The notes beneath the pieces are model-generated. The model did no database searches and had not been told where the DNA came from. It saw only the letters and a program-made list of their open reading frames with translations. Below, piece after piece: positions 23,633 to 23,788 of a stretch of 23,788 bases of DNA; position 1 is the first letter of the stretch, and each line of letters starts with the position of its first letter. The translations under genes and the position numbers were made by a program. The stretch comes from Candidatus Methylomirabilia bacterium (lineage in GTDB: Bacteria; Methylomirabilota; Methylomirabilia; Rokubacteriales; CSP1-6), in assembly GCA_041496385.1 (NCBI GenBank), contig JBGQEL010000062.1, positions 1-23,788 of the forward strand. Reading direction: 5' to 3'.

Positions 23633-23788
23633 GGGGTGGGGGCGGGGGGGGCCGCGTCGGGAACACACACCCGGGGGCGGCCCCCCCCCCCCCCCCCCCG
23701 CGCCCCCCCCCCCACAAACCCCACCTTACCATTAAGCAAACTCAAGAAAACAACCAAGGGGTCAGGCCCCATTGAACGGGGGAGGCCC
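23633..23788. other. G-run/C-run imperfect inverted repeat followed by low-complexity, probably low-quality terminal sequence
   Basis: G-rich arm (~23633-23661, ...GGGGGGGGCCGCGTCGGG) and C-rich arm (CCCGGGGGCGG followed by a 19-C run at 23681-23699), then A/C-rich sequence unlike the rest of the window. Confidence 0.5.

Noticed and set aside
23299..23775. ORFs with poly-Gly/poly-Pro tracts at the right end
   Set aside because: They derive from homopolymer G/C runs in suspect terminal sequence and overlap the SBP out of frame.
1..23788. CRISPR arrays, tRNA/rRNA, transposases, integrases, defence systems
   Set aside because: I saw no regularly spaced repeats, RNA gene signatures or corresponding protein motifs by eye. 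Frequent CTCGAG/GTCGAC hexamers reflect codon usage (Leu-Glu, Val-Asp).

Overview
Very GC-rich bacterial DNA, almost entirely coding on the minus strand. Positions 1-17022 form a tightly packed surface-glycan cluster that runs off the left edge. It holds a nonulosonic-acid (legionaminic-acid-type) pathway: CBS-nucleotidyltransferase, NeuC/LegG, NeuB/LegI, NeuD-type acetyltransferase, NeuA/LegF and a Gfo/Idh/MocA oxidoreductase. It also holds a nucleotide-sugar dehydrogenase, a 638-aa GT-B-like candidate transferase, an MsbA/PglK-type exporter and an EPS-type MarR regulator with a palindromic operator. An upstream module encodes a GT2, a cupin, two SAM methyltransferases and a DegT aminotransferase. 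The most unusual element is an overlapping trio inside the operon: a 64-aa small protein, a Maf/MptE-like (DUF115) protein and a cobalamin-dependent radical SAM enzyme, directly downstream of the exporter. The right part has yjbQ, an ATPase-less Dpp/Opp-type SBP-permease operon led by a sugar epimerase, and a divergent family-5 SBP. Two genes appear to have leaderless promoters. The last ~180 nt look like a GC hairpin degrading into low-quality sequence. All product calls come from motif recognition, not database searches, and many ORF-track starts were trimmed to the likely real start.
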